A stretch of DNA of 64,000 bases from Tubiluchus corallicola. Taxonomy: Eukaryota > Animalia > Priapulida. The notes beneath the pieces were generated by a model. It did not search any database. It was not told where the DNA came from and saw only the letters and a program-made list of their open reading frames with translations. The DNA is taken from contig JAQGDQ010000003.1 of assembly GCA_030141605.1 (NCBI GenBank), positions 2,952,574 through 3,016,573 on the forward strand, in the 5' to 3' direction. The position numbers were made by a program, and so were the translations under genes. Shown here piece by piece: positions 24,001 through 41,500 of this stretch; position 1 is the first letter of the stretch, and every line of letters starts with the position of its first letter.

Positions 24001-26761
24001 AATCTTTTGCAGTACTAATTGTGTTAAAATATATACTTTTTACTGGACTTGAAAATGGGGTAGTATACGAAAATTCATCCTATCTTCCTTTAAGGGATGA
24101 CCAACAAATTCTGCTATTTCTGTTTCCCCATGAGACAAAATGCAGTGATTTTAAAGTGTTGCCTACTTCTGATGGAATGGGCTATCTTGTCCCTGATTCA
24201 CATATCTCTTGTCCTTTGCATCAACTTGGTTTGTTATGATGAAATTCACGTCTTTGCAGAGAAACTTTTCTATTGTCTACATAAATAAAACGAAATGCAA
24301 ATCAAAGCAAAATGACAAACTTAAAAAATATACACAACAAAAACGTCGTCGTAGTACTTACAGTTAGTTAATGTACAACGTGATGACATCTTAACAAACA
24401 TTATACAAAAATCTTACAAGTGTGTCGTTCGCAGCGTTTCCAATTCCAAACTTGTTTCACAACTCTTTACATGGCTTCGTAACACACACTTTCGAAAAAA
24501 GCTTTACAAATCACATCTTCATACAGGCTAAATGGCTTCACATATCACGCTTCTGAAAAACAACTTCATAACTCTTCACGCATGTTTACAGATGCTTCTC
24601 ACTTCCATGACACAAGTCGACCTAGCTTTGAAACATTTATCATGGTAATATTTGGAGCATCACCAAAAAAAGAAAATTGATAAACGTTTTGCTCCAAAAC
24701 ATTATGAGAGTCTGGGCTACCTATAAAAGTAAGCAAAAATACAGTAGTACCTCCGTTTTCGACCATAATTCGTTCCTAAAGTGTTTAAAAACCGATTTGG
24801 TTGAGTACCGAATCATTTATTCTCATAAGAAATAATGTAAAAGCAAATAATCCGTTCTCAAGCACCAAATGAACTGTTAAGTATTACTAAAACGAAATAT
24901 AATAATCCAAAAATGTTTATTCAAACAGTAGCTATAACTGATAAAAAACATAATAGAATTACTTTGAAAGAACAACATAATTGTTCCTGCACGGAAAAGC
25001 GGAGAAAAATAAGCGTAGATATCACATAGCGATATTAGGCGATTCAAATCTTGTACGTGACTACTCTCGGCTGCGGTCAGTTACGCTCGGCTCTACTCGG
25101 CTCGCTGTGCATGTCTTCGTCACGTGTTTGGCAGTTGGCCGAGTGCCGAAATCCTGGTCGAGAGCAAAGACAATTTCAGCTCGAATTTTCTGGTCGAAAA
25201 CCGATTTGTCCGAGTACGGAGACGTTCGACAACGGAGGTACGACTGTACCAGAAGAAAAGAGCTCTGGCAGCCAAGTCAGTGACACTACGTACTGACTAC
25301 TATAACTATGTGTTAGAGGATTGCTAGGATTTCCTACACAATATAGGGCTTTCTTGTTATAGGATTTCCTAGACAAACCTGTATATTTATTTTTGTATTC
25401 AAATGGGAATTTCAGTTTTTCACTTTTGTTTTCTGTGGCACGTTGCACATGGCAGGGCTGTCACGAAGACCACAACCAGAGTATATTCACCTAGTTTTTG
25501 TATTTCTTGCTAAATGTAACCATGCGTAGTATCTAGTACAAAAAAATAGTTGCGGAATTCAAAGAAGAGGTGAGGCGGGAACAGACAGAAACGAGGCAAA
25601 ATAGAGAGGGCTGTGGTGCCGCTGAGATTTGGCAAAAAGTGAAAAACATAACTTTGTTGATATTGTACTTCATTTTTGGACTATCAAACAAATAATTTTC
25701 CTGCCGAAGTGTTTAGCATATTAAATCAAAGCCATTCTTCACCAAGAATGCAGTTCGTCATTTGCGTAAGTTCAAGACTTCACCCTATATGATCCGGTCG
25801 TAAGTAACAAGACACAAAAATAGTAAACATACATACCGCTCCTAATAACTTCAAATCATCTTCAATATCAGCAACTCGACGTTTAGAAAATCCCTTGAGG
25901 TCCATGTAAATAGACATGTCTTTTAATGGTCGATGCAACGAACTATCTATTTTCGTATTTGCAAAAATGCAAAAAAAACAATTAGGATAGTGCATGCTAT
26001 ATGTGAACATCTATAAGTTAACCAAAAGCCCTAACACTTAACATGTCATGTAAGAATAATTACAGTACAGCCCTAAATTTATATGGTAGGCCTGACCAAT
26101 CACATCATACCAAATTTAACAATTATTTTAGAAAAATAATTAGCCTTTGGTTTTCACTCACTTACTTATACTTATAATACAATTTTAATGGTTCCATGGA
26201 TCATGCAGTCACAATATATGGCCTCCAATTAATTATAATGCTATTTTAATATACCTCTATGTAAATTAAACATGCACTGTGGTTGTTTCTTCTCCTCCCT
26301 TCCTTCTTCCTATGCCTAATCTTACTATTTTTTCCATTCCATCATGTTTAGTGACCCTAACCATTCTTTCATTCACTCATTTGTGCCACCTTAACAAGCC
26401 AATCTTTCAAGGTGTTATACAGCAACTCTTTTATTTGGTTAATTTGACTTCATCAACGTTTTTTTAACCTATACTGTTTCTTTTTGTTTCAATAATATTG
26501 TATGTTGATGTATTGTATATGTATTGCTGGAGTGAAATAAATTTATTGACTCAAATCTGCATCTAATGAGCCAAATTATAGAATAAACTTATTCTATGAA
26601 CTTACATTCTACGAAATTATGAACTAGAAGTCAAACTATACAATAATTTAATTTAATTTTATTGCATAAAATGCTGACTTACGAACTGACTTGACTTTAA
26701 CAGAGGACCGGCTAGCAACCTTTGCACATGAATGCTTTTTCTTCACAATAAAACTCGCCAT
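9026..26761 (-). CDS. DBF4: DBF4/ASK/chiffon-like CDC7 kinase activator with a long C-terminal extension (about 1696 aa)
   Basis: Phase-consistent GT-AG exons: 26761-26683 (gcaccATGG, MASFIVKK), 25946-25837 (LKDMSIYMDLKG...IEDDLKLLGA, motif N), 24276-24167 (TIEKFLCKDVNFIITN), 23482-23322 (TRGRTLVEKA...SVLAKAQLWGINVRHVD), 21361-21217 (KLKQAFIKVEDES, motif M), 19004-18798 (HYRPFYKE..WPRL...SPFD), 16717-16609 (GGYCECCCVSYDSLEK), 15094-14961 (HLSDKRHKEF, completing the motif C zinc finger), 13666-10006 and 9400-9026. The exons total 5091 nt with no internal stop. Confidence 0.93.
10006..13666 (-). CDS. DBF4: Giant internal coding exon (3661 nt) of DBF4; Ser/Pro/Glu-rich, probably disordered region containing tandem repeats
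   Basis: Corresponds to the 1218-aa ORF 9985..13641. Acceptor ttag|G at 13666 is in phase with the upstream exon; donor GAG|gtaatt at 10006. Many SP/TP sites. Confidence 0.9.
11595..11735. repeat. 66-bp coding tandem duplication (GEDSPIVLKPYLEDTQRSQVSS x2)
   Basis: Direct repeat visible in both the DNA and the translation. Confidence 0.9.
11809..12860. repeat. Coding 90-bp minisatellite: 9 near-identical plus about 3 degenerate units (30-aa unit ENMDRSQDICVEGFNHSHYKENPHLGKPVT)
   Basis: gtggattttc recurs at 11811, 11901, 11991 ... 12531 with an exact period of 90; degenerate copies at 12621, 12711 and 12801. Confidence 0.97.
13838..14213. mobile_element. MITE with AATAAGCCTTTTCACAGTT termini (possibly PIF/ISL2EU-like), copy A
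   Basis: Long imperfect TIRs; reverse-complement homolog at 20812-21193. Confidence 0.8.
16749..17265. mobile_element. hAT-like MITE, copy 1 of a pair in DBF4 introns
   Basis: CAGGGATGAGAA ... TTCTCATCCCTG; highly similar to 21462-21983. Confidence 0.85.
17270..18680. mobile_element. Older hAT-like non-autonomous element with GATCCG-rich subtermini
   Basis: GGGGATGCA start with gatccgg repeats at both ends; boundaries are approximate. Confidence 0.45.
20812..21193. mobile_element. Same MITE family, copy B, in inverted orientation relative to copy A
   Basis: Its reverse complement aligns with 13838-14213 (e.g. gctattgtaatagtaac.gttttaacagctag). Confidence 0.8.
21462..21983. mobile_element. 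hAT-like MITE, copy 2 (apparent 6-bp TSD ACTTAA)
   Basis: acttaa|CAGGGATGAGAAT ... ATTCCCATCCCTG|acttaa. Confidence 0.85.
22516..23163. mobile_element. Foldback-type MITE with tandem subterminal (gtcaaatgtaga) repeats
   Basis: TIRs TAGGTTTTACATGTCAAATG / CATTTGACATGTAAAACCTA flanked by TA. Confidence 0.8.
24742..25246. mobile_element. Tc1/pogo-like MITE
   Basis: TA|CAGTAGTACCTCCGTTTTCGA ... TCGACAACGGAGGTACGACTG|TA. Confidence 0.85.
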
Positions 26762-27607
26762 GGTGCTCACTCAGTGAAGCAGGATAATATAAACACAACT
26801 GCTGCTGTCATCTCAAGCTATGCATCTCAAGCTATGGTAACCTACTAATGCATGACACAGTTTTAATAATAGCATTTAGTTCATGATAAACAATTATTAA
26901 AATAATGCTTGTAACAACATAGACATAGACATTTTATTTATCTCCTCATTTACACCAGAATACAAATAGATTATAACTGCTATAGTTATAGCAGGATATA
27001 TAGTTATAGCGAGATGCAGGACAAAGGGTAGCGAAAGACCAGTTGGCAACAGCAGAATAATTTCCAATTTTGCATCCACAGAATGAAAATTTAAATTGGT
27101 CAGTTTTCAATGCTTTTACGTTTTAGTCTACAGGTTTTGGTCAGAGTAAGCAATATTTTTATTTTGAGCTTTTCGCGTCAGTTTCCATCACGTGTGTCTT
27201 GAGTTCTAGAGTTTTTACGTCAGAGGTTTCACAAATACGGTACGTTTAGTCTAACTGCAAACTGCACAGGCAGTAACACTAAGAATATTCCTTAGACGAC
27301 ATAATTATTCCTTTAACATCACCCTAATTATGTCGTCTATGGAATATTCTTGGTATTGCTGATTATCGTAGCTGGTTTTGTCAATGTTGAATGCAAACTA
27401 GAGAAAGATACAAAAGTTTGACGAATGTTGTATCTTTCTCTAGTTTGCATTCATCATTGACAAAACCAGCTACCATAATCATAATATCGCACTTATTCAG
27501 ACGTTACCATAGTATATGACTTCATCAGATTTGCTAGTAAATTAATTTCTGTACTACCAACAATTAAACTACAATTATAAAGTTATAATAAGCACACTAA
27601 CTGCGAA

Positions 27608-27720
27608 ACTCACTTTCCTGTTTCCCGCCAATTGTCAGCCTATTTTCTTCTCTTCAAGCTGTGTCGCCGTATTTACAAGCAAAAATTAAAACGCTACGTC
27701 TGCGACTCCGACTGCTTAGC
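27608..27720 (-). promoter_or_regulatory. Probable DBF4 promoter or non-coding first exon with an E2F site (TTTCCCGCC at 27621-27629)
   Basis: E2F consensus next to a minus-strand donor (gtgagt at 27613-27608), about 0.85 kb upstream of the ATG. DBF4 is a known E2F target. Confidence 0.45.
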
Positions 27721-28231
27721 TTAATGAATGGCATTGATGAGCAGTCTTAAAAGTCAGTAATGGATGACTAATTAAAATTACTTAAATAATTAGTGTTACA
27801 CTAACGAAAACAGCTCTTGTGGTCATTAACTCTTTATAAGGGTGCTGTTTTATTTTTCACTCATAACACAGACAAACTGTGAATTTTGACCTACTGTAAC
27901 TGAGGTTACCAACTGACGAACTGTGAAAACATAAACAGCTTTGCAGCTGGTTAGACACCGACCGAAGCTGAAGAACAACGAAGGAAAATCTAGCATTGTT
28001 TGCTTATTCAGATTTCTTTTATCACAAAATTATGTTTTTGAAACAATAACTTTTACTTGAAACAAAAACTCGGATTTTTTTACTTGAACTTGTATTTTTA
28101 TCATTTATAATGCTGAGCTACATATCACAAAAGTTAAACAACAGAAGGAAATTTTTAAAAAGATGCAGCTAGTGGAAGCAGATAGAACTTTGCGAGTATT
28201 TGTGCAGACAATTGAGCACCCAGATAACGTG

Positions 28232-28315
28232 CACGCACACACACATGTACACACACACGTACATACACACACGCGCGCGCACACGAACATGCGCACACAC
28301 ACACACACACACACA
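28232..28315. repeat. Interrupted (CA)n microsatellite
   Basis: Directly visible. Confidence 0.9.
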
Positions 28316-29779
28316 ATTATTATTGCCATGCGTAATTATATTTAGAAAAACTTCAATTAAATTAATATTGTCAACCCATTTGGCACTGCACTGTACCTCA
28401 GGATAATTTCAGTTTTTTTAGTATGTCTTTTAAAAAAGAGCTTTAATTAATCTTTGCATAAATTTTTATAGGAAATAGTTTTTTTAACTGCCATATTGTT
28501 ATTAGTTTTCTTGTGCTTACGAGCAGACACAATTGTATACTTGTTAGCATGTAGAATTATAATATTAATGGGATGCAGAGATTGAATCAGAGGAACACTA
28601 ACCAACAGATTAATATATTTATTAAATTCATACGAAAATAGTCAAAACAGTCCGAAAAATTATTTGCGATAGCCGATAAAACTTGTGCTTTGGCAGTTGA
28701 TCCGACGGGTAATTTTTACATAAACACAGTTAAACATAAAAATCTAGTCGGCTAGAATTGTGGCAATTCTGAGGAAACTGTACAAGCTTTTTGAAGGTTT
28801 CTTTAATAGTCTGTCGTAAGCCGGACATGTACTGTAATTTCCCAAAAAAATGCGCCCTTTCTAGTACAAACTCAATTGCAACTCCAGGGGAATTTATGGT
28901 TGAGGACAACATAGCATGGTTAGTAGAAATGCTTATATCTCGAATAATTACAAAGGCCACAAGATAGGGTAATAATTCTTTTTTGTTATCTACACCTATA
29001 CAAACACAGTTAGTTCCAGGTTCCATTTTGAAAAATTATTGCTAAAGAACTGTGGAATGGGTGTTTAGGCCTATAACCTTTGATTATACATTTATATAAC
29101 CTCATAAACAGACTTCGTATGTAATGAGGTGTATTTGTCAGTCTATTGTACCATCGGCAAATGGTTAAAGAAATGTAGACAAACACAATGTGAAATGTTA
29201 ATAATAATTATAACGATAATTTGGTGTAGGACATAGTCCACGGATGACGCCTTAAGTAGCTTAATACTCAGTTATAAGGTGGTCCCGATTATTATTATCC
29301 ACACGTTACTTCAGTAAACCCGTGGGCTTGGTCGAAGAACAAGGGATTTCATTTTTTAGGTCTTTGGTATGACTCGGCCGAGAATTGAACCCTCAACCTG
29401 CAATATGTTCGTGAATTATTGATTATAATTCTGTTTAACGAACGAAATAGTTTGCTCATTTGCTATCTACATGCTAGTGCTAATCTTTTGCTAGACTGTA
29501 TGATACTTATACAGCTATGTTTTTGCATGTTCGCTTGTTTATATCTGTTTTAAGTTTTCCCCTATCAAAAGAATCAGACTAACATGTTTTTTTTCGATCT
29601 TGGTGGAGGTCGGGTCTGTTTTCTATTGACTGTATTCTAGTTTTAGTACAGAAATTATTTGCATCAAAATAAAACATGTGGCATTTTTGCCCTAGTGTGT
29701 CATTTGTGCCATTTTTACCTGCGCCATTTTACCCTGCCATTTTTCCTGTGCCATTTTTACCTACATTCGCTTTTGTATT

Positions 29780-29801
29780 TATAAAACTGACAATGACGTC
29801 A
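29780..29801 (+). promoter_or_regulatory. TATA box (TATAAAA) and CRE (TGACGTCA) upstream of the Kazal-Kunitz gene
   Basis: TATAAAA at 29780-29786 and TGACGTCA at 29794-29801, about 100-120 bp before the ATG at 29903. Confidence 0.4.
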
Positions 29802-29902
29802 CAATAAATGTTAGAATATTAATAAGGGCATATGGAACGTGTTTAGAAAAAATAGAAACAACAATGCCGAAAAACAAAAGCTAACGTAGGCCTACTTTAA
29901 AA

Positions 29903-36245
<6,343 letters not shown>

Positions 36246-37439
36246 TTTAAATTTAAAAACTCCCAGCTTGTTTACGTAACACAGCGGAGATGAAATGGAG
36301 TAAGTTGAGTGATTTGAGTCGTAGTCATTGAATGATTTGAATAAACAATTCATTGTGTTGATTATTATTGACCAATAACCATGACATGTCTTATGTACTC
36401 CAACAGGTAAAATGATTCATCAAGACGGGTTTAATTGAACCTTTGCATGGTTCTCAAACAACCAAAATCCCAAATAGAAATGCCACTGAATGAAAGTACG
36501 TACAACTTCAAGACTTTGCTATCTACCTTTATAAGCACATGGAGGGAATTTGTCTGCTTAAATGAATTACATGTAATTTAGCTTTTAGGTGCTAAATTTT
36601 GAGGTGCAGACGTCACATTTTGATCTACCGACAGTTTTGCTGAAACTTTATGTTAGATAAGTATGCTTAGAACCACAGTGGTTCTTTCAGTTTCAACACA
36701 CAAACCATATTTAGCTATTTTCAAAATCAAATTATTTCTTTTGTTGCCAAAGAAGACAGTCATTTAGTTTTTTACTGGATGAGTCAACATAATCACTCAG
36801 ATTCTTCATATCTTTTGACATTTGGTAGCCTGGCTACAGGACTGGCACTCGGATGTGCGGGGCCTGATTAAAAAAGTGTTAATGGGGTCTTTTACCCTGC
36901 ACAAGCTGAAGATGTTTTATGCTTGGTGTAGTACGCCAGTCCCAGCCAAAAAGTGTTGAGGACTTTATGCTCCACCATTAACCTCAATTATATGCTAAAA
37001 TTTGAAAGCCCATATGAAGATTTTAATGTTTATTTACAAGCAAAATAGTTACTGCCATACTGCTTGTGCATATGTCTTCTAAAAACAGAGACCCGAGAAA
37101 TCTTTCAAAATCAATGGTTTTTGTAATGTAATTTTCTACAGACAGCATCACCAAATTATTTAGTCTCTTTTGTGAAACTGTTGACCGTAGGTATTTTTTA
37201 ATCTATGTTCAGGGTTTAAATATCGTCCACAAATTAGTAAAATTAAAATCCAACGATGATCTAACTAATAATAAGGCTCGCAAATTACCTTTTTGAAAAG
37301 GTAAATGGCAACGATAAACTGAAATTACAAAATAAACGATCAGCAAAAAACACGTTGAAACGTAAATATGCGAGGACAGACTGAATGGATTTACTTCTTC
37401 AAAGTATCAAGACTCATCAATCCATCATAGCGTTCTCAG

Positions 37440-38090
37440 TTCGAGTGTGTTAGCTTAAGCTTAAGACAGGCCCTGTCCGGCACTCCCTCAAAGCATTGTT
37501 GAAAATCTTGAAGGTTCTTTAAGCTGTTTAGATAGCTTGCGCTGTTCAAGTAACTTTTCAATCTAGATTCTACACCCCCACATGAAAGGTGGAATCAAAG
37601 CCCGTAATCCGACACAGCATGGAAATCACCAGTTACAAGTCCAGTTACTAGACGTTGTCCTCTTTCATTAGCTAGTGCCCGTTGAGGATGTTGATATTGC
37701 TTAACTTTTCACATAAAAACATCTCTCTGAACATCGACTTGTTCACAGTTTCGGTAAAAAACTGTGGCTGTCTGCTAAAGAATTCCCTAGGGTCTGTCCA
37801 GGTGTATTTCACACCTCCAAAATGCTAGTCTAGACAGTTCTTGAAGACATCCGCCGCCTGTTCTGGTAACTTATCCCATAACCCTGATGTTCTCACTGTG
37901 AAAATTGTTTTTGTATGTTGAGTCTGCTGTGTTGTACCTTCAATTTATACGCGTAACCTTTCGTCCTTTACTACTCACTTTTTCCAGTTTTATTGGTGGT
38001 GTGTTGTAATAGCCATGCATGGTTTTGTATGCTTCTAACATGTCACCTCTGAACGTACGGTATGTTAAACTAGGCAGCCTGTCTTGGTAC
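37440..38090 (-). mobile_element. Degraded LINE fragments (CR1-like 3' end; weak RTE-like endonuclease remnant)
   Basis: Minus strand reads LPSLTYRTFRGDMLEAYKTMHG...KL...LWDKLPE; ANERGQRL near 37650. Confidence 0.6.
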
Positions 38091-38551
38091 TCTAAACTTG
38101 ATATGCTGTTTACCAAAAACCATCACATGATCAGGTCTCCTAGACTTCACTGATAAGTTTTGCAAGTTAGCATCCGTGTTCCTCCATGCTGCATATTTTT
38201 TTAGCAGATTGTTGTCCTGTAAAATGGGAACTAATAAAATCAGTGCCTGCATTTATGGAATGATATTTTGTGACACATCAAGACAATTAAATTACATGTA
38301 CAGGAGTAAACACATAATTGGTATTTTATGCACTCATATACAATTGGGTGGTCAAAATTATGGAAAAACACAATATACAAATGAAAGGTATTCGAACTGA
38401 TAATCTAATTTCCTTTTTCAAACGTTAATGTGAATTATGACATCACAATAACAGTATTAAAATTCCAGCAATGACATTCATTATATGGAAAATTCTATAT
38501 GAATTTTCTCTCAAATTCTGAGTTATGCAAAGTCTATCTAGCTAATGTAAT

Positions 38552-41500
38552 ATGAAATCATTACAACAACCAGTTTGTGAATGTTTTTTTATATTTCTAC
38601 TGTGTGTACCCATTTGTTTACCAATTAAAAATAACTGCTCATACATCGTAATGGCTCCACAAGTCTTAAAGCCAAATATGGACTATCGTGTAGCTGTCAA
38701 CATGCAGCCACTCATTAAAGAAGACGTGAACATGACAATCGAACTACATAAGAATGACTCAAAAATAGCAAGCAGGGGCTCACAGGTGGTGACATCCAAG
38801 CAGCTCAGTTTAGCGTCAGGATCACTGGTAACTATTTCACTTCAATTAGGAGAACTTAAAGATGGTGATTATTTCCTTCGAGTGAATGGCAGCAGTCCAT
38901 CAGCTAGGTTTAGCCATGAGAAGAAGCTCGTCTTCAGCCATCAAGATGCTATTTTACTTATTCAGACAGACAAACCCATTTATGAAGCTGGAGAAACTGT
39001 GCATTTTCGTGTCATCGCTTTGACCACTAATTTGCAACCAAGGAGTGGAAAAGTGGATGTAGATATATCCGATCCACGTGGAAACAAGATTCGACAGTGG
39101 AAGCTCATTCAATTAGACAGAGGTTTAACCGAGTTGGAGATGGAACTTTGCGATCAACCTATTTTAGGAGAGTGGATGATTCAAGCAAATATAGAAGAAA
39201 AAGACATGGAAATGAAATCATTTTCAGTACACAAATATTTTTTGCCAAGGTTTGAAGTTAAAATCAGTTTACCACCTTACTACACGGGGCTTAATTTTGC
39301 GGCTACTGGATCCGTAAAGGCTCAGTATACTAATAATGCCAAACCGGTGAAAGGAACTTTAGTTGTAACTGTGATTGTAAATGTGTACGAACAAGCTATC
39401 ATACGGAAAAATACAACAATGGATATTGACGGAGAGGCGACTTTTTTCGTAAGATTTGTACTGGACAGACTTGACTTTGACCAAAGGAATGCCACTGTTG
39501 TAGCCGTGCTAACAGAAGCTCTCACTGGAGTAAAGATCAGCAGTACGACAGATACTGCTGTTTACAAGCACGACGCGAAAATTGAATTTGATGGATCAAA
39601 GTACTTCAAGCCTGGATTACAATATAATGCGCACTTGAAAGTAACGAAGCCAGATGGTAGTGCCTTACCGAGAACTCACAGTCGGGAAATCAGCTTAGGC
39701 TACAGCTTCCGTACAAGCGAGTCAGATGGGTATAGATCTGAGACATACCAGATTCCAGATAACGGAATTGTTGTCACGAGTACCTATGCCGAGCCTAATG
39801 CGGACTTCATTAAATTTAAAGCAGCATATGATATCGTTGGTATAACGATGATATACAAAGAGTTTGTAGTTTCGCCTTTTCGAACGTACAGCGGAGCATT
39901 CATACAATTAACAATGCAGAACAGCAGTTTAAGAGTTGGTGATGAGGCGAATGTGAAGGTTGAAACAACCAAAGTTGTCACTGCATTAATTTACCAAGTA
40001 GTGCGCAGAGGTAGTGTAGTGAAAGTCGATCAACTTCAAGTGAAAAACAAACAATATATTTCATTTAAAATGACTATTACTTCTGAAATGGCACCGAAAT
40101 CATACCTTGTGGTATATTTTGTGACAGACGGGGAACTAGTAGCGGATGGCATACAGCTCGATGTTGATGGAGTTTTCAGAAACAAAATTGACGTCACTTT
40201 TGATGTTCCTACTGCCAAACCAGGAACAACGGTAAAGATTCAGCTCAACACTAATCCAAACTCATTTGTGGGACTATACGTCACTGATGAGAGAACCAAA
40301 TTACTGAATGCTGATAACGATGTTAAGAAGGAACAAATTGTGGAAAATTTAAAGCAACGGGAAGAAGATGTCGAGACAGTGGCAAAAGTAATGGAAAATG
40401 CAGGCCTAGTCATACTAACTGATGCAGTTTATAATGGCCAAGAAGAAACTGACTTCGCAAAGCTGGAAGAGATTGGTGCAACGAACAAAACAAGAAAACC
40501 TCGTTTGTCTCCAAGAAGATTGGGGCAAAAATCTGGCACCGAGTTTTTGCAGGAATGGTTTCCTGTAACCTGGATGTGGGCTAGCACTTCCACAAGAAAC
40601 GACGGAAACTGGAATTTGCAGGCCGTTGTTCCCGATACAGTTACGTCCTGGACGGTTACGGCTTTTTCTGTAAATGAACACAGTGGTTTGGCCATAGCAG
40701 AACAACCAGCTGTGCTGAGATCATCTTTTCCATTTTTTGTTCCACCCATCACTGCTCACCGAATTTTTCGAGGAGAAGAGTTGCACTTAGGGATTGTAGT
40801 TCAAAGTTATGACAAAAGCGAGGGAGAAGTTGTAGTCACGTTAATAAAGAGTGATTCCTTTAATATTATTCCGAACATAAATGAAGCGACGAAAAGGAAA
40901 CACATGAAGGGAGGCCAGAGTGAAACATTTGTTTTTGTAATTAATCCTGTTGAAATCGGTTACATATCTGTCAATTTCACAGTACAATTGTCAGAAACGC
41001 CAAATTCATTTCACAAACAGCTGCTTGTTAAAGATGCCGGTATATCTAAACACTACACAGATACCATCTTTCTGGAACCTACCACGAAAGAAGATAATGA
41101 ACCAGTTGAGGTGCATGACATTAATATCGCCTGGCCTGATAAATTGCTGGTCAAGAAATGTTGCGAATACATTGAGGTTGCAGCTGCAGGTGATATAATG
41201 GGTTTGCTCATCAGAAACTTTAAGAGTCTGTTGAAAGCTCCAACGGTCAGTGGTGAGCAGTGCATGACGAATTTAGCTGCAAGTGTATTCATTACGAAAT
41301 ATCTTACTGAGAAAGGCCAGCTAAAATCTGATATTAGGGAGAAGGCAATTCTCCAAATGGCAAAAAGTTACCAAGACCAATTAGCTTACGAAATGAAAAA
41401 GGGATCATTTGGCTTATTTCAAAAAGGAAATGTTCCTGGAAGCCTATGGCTGACAGCAAACATAATGAAGTTACTCTACCAAGCGAGAAAGTACATCTAT

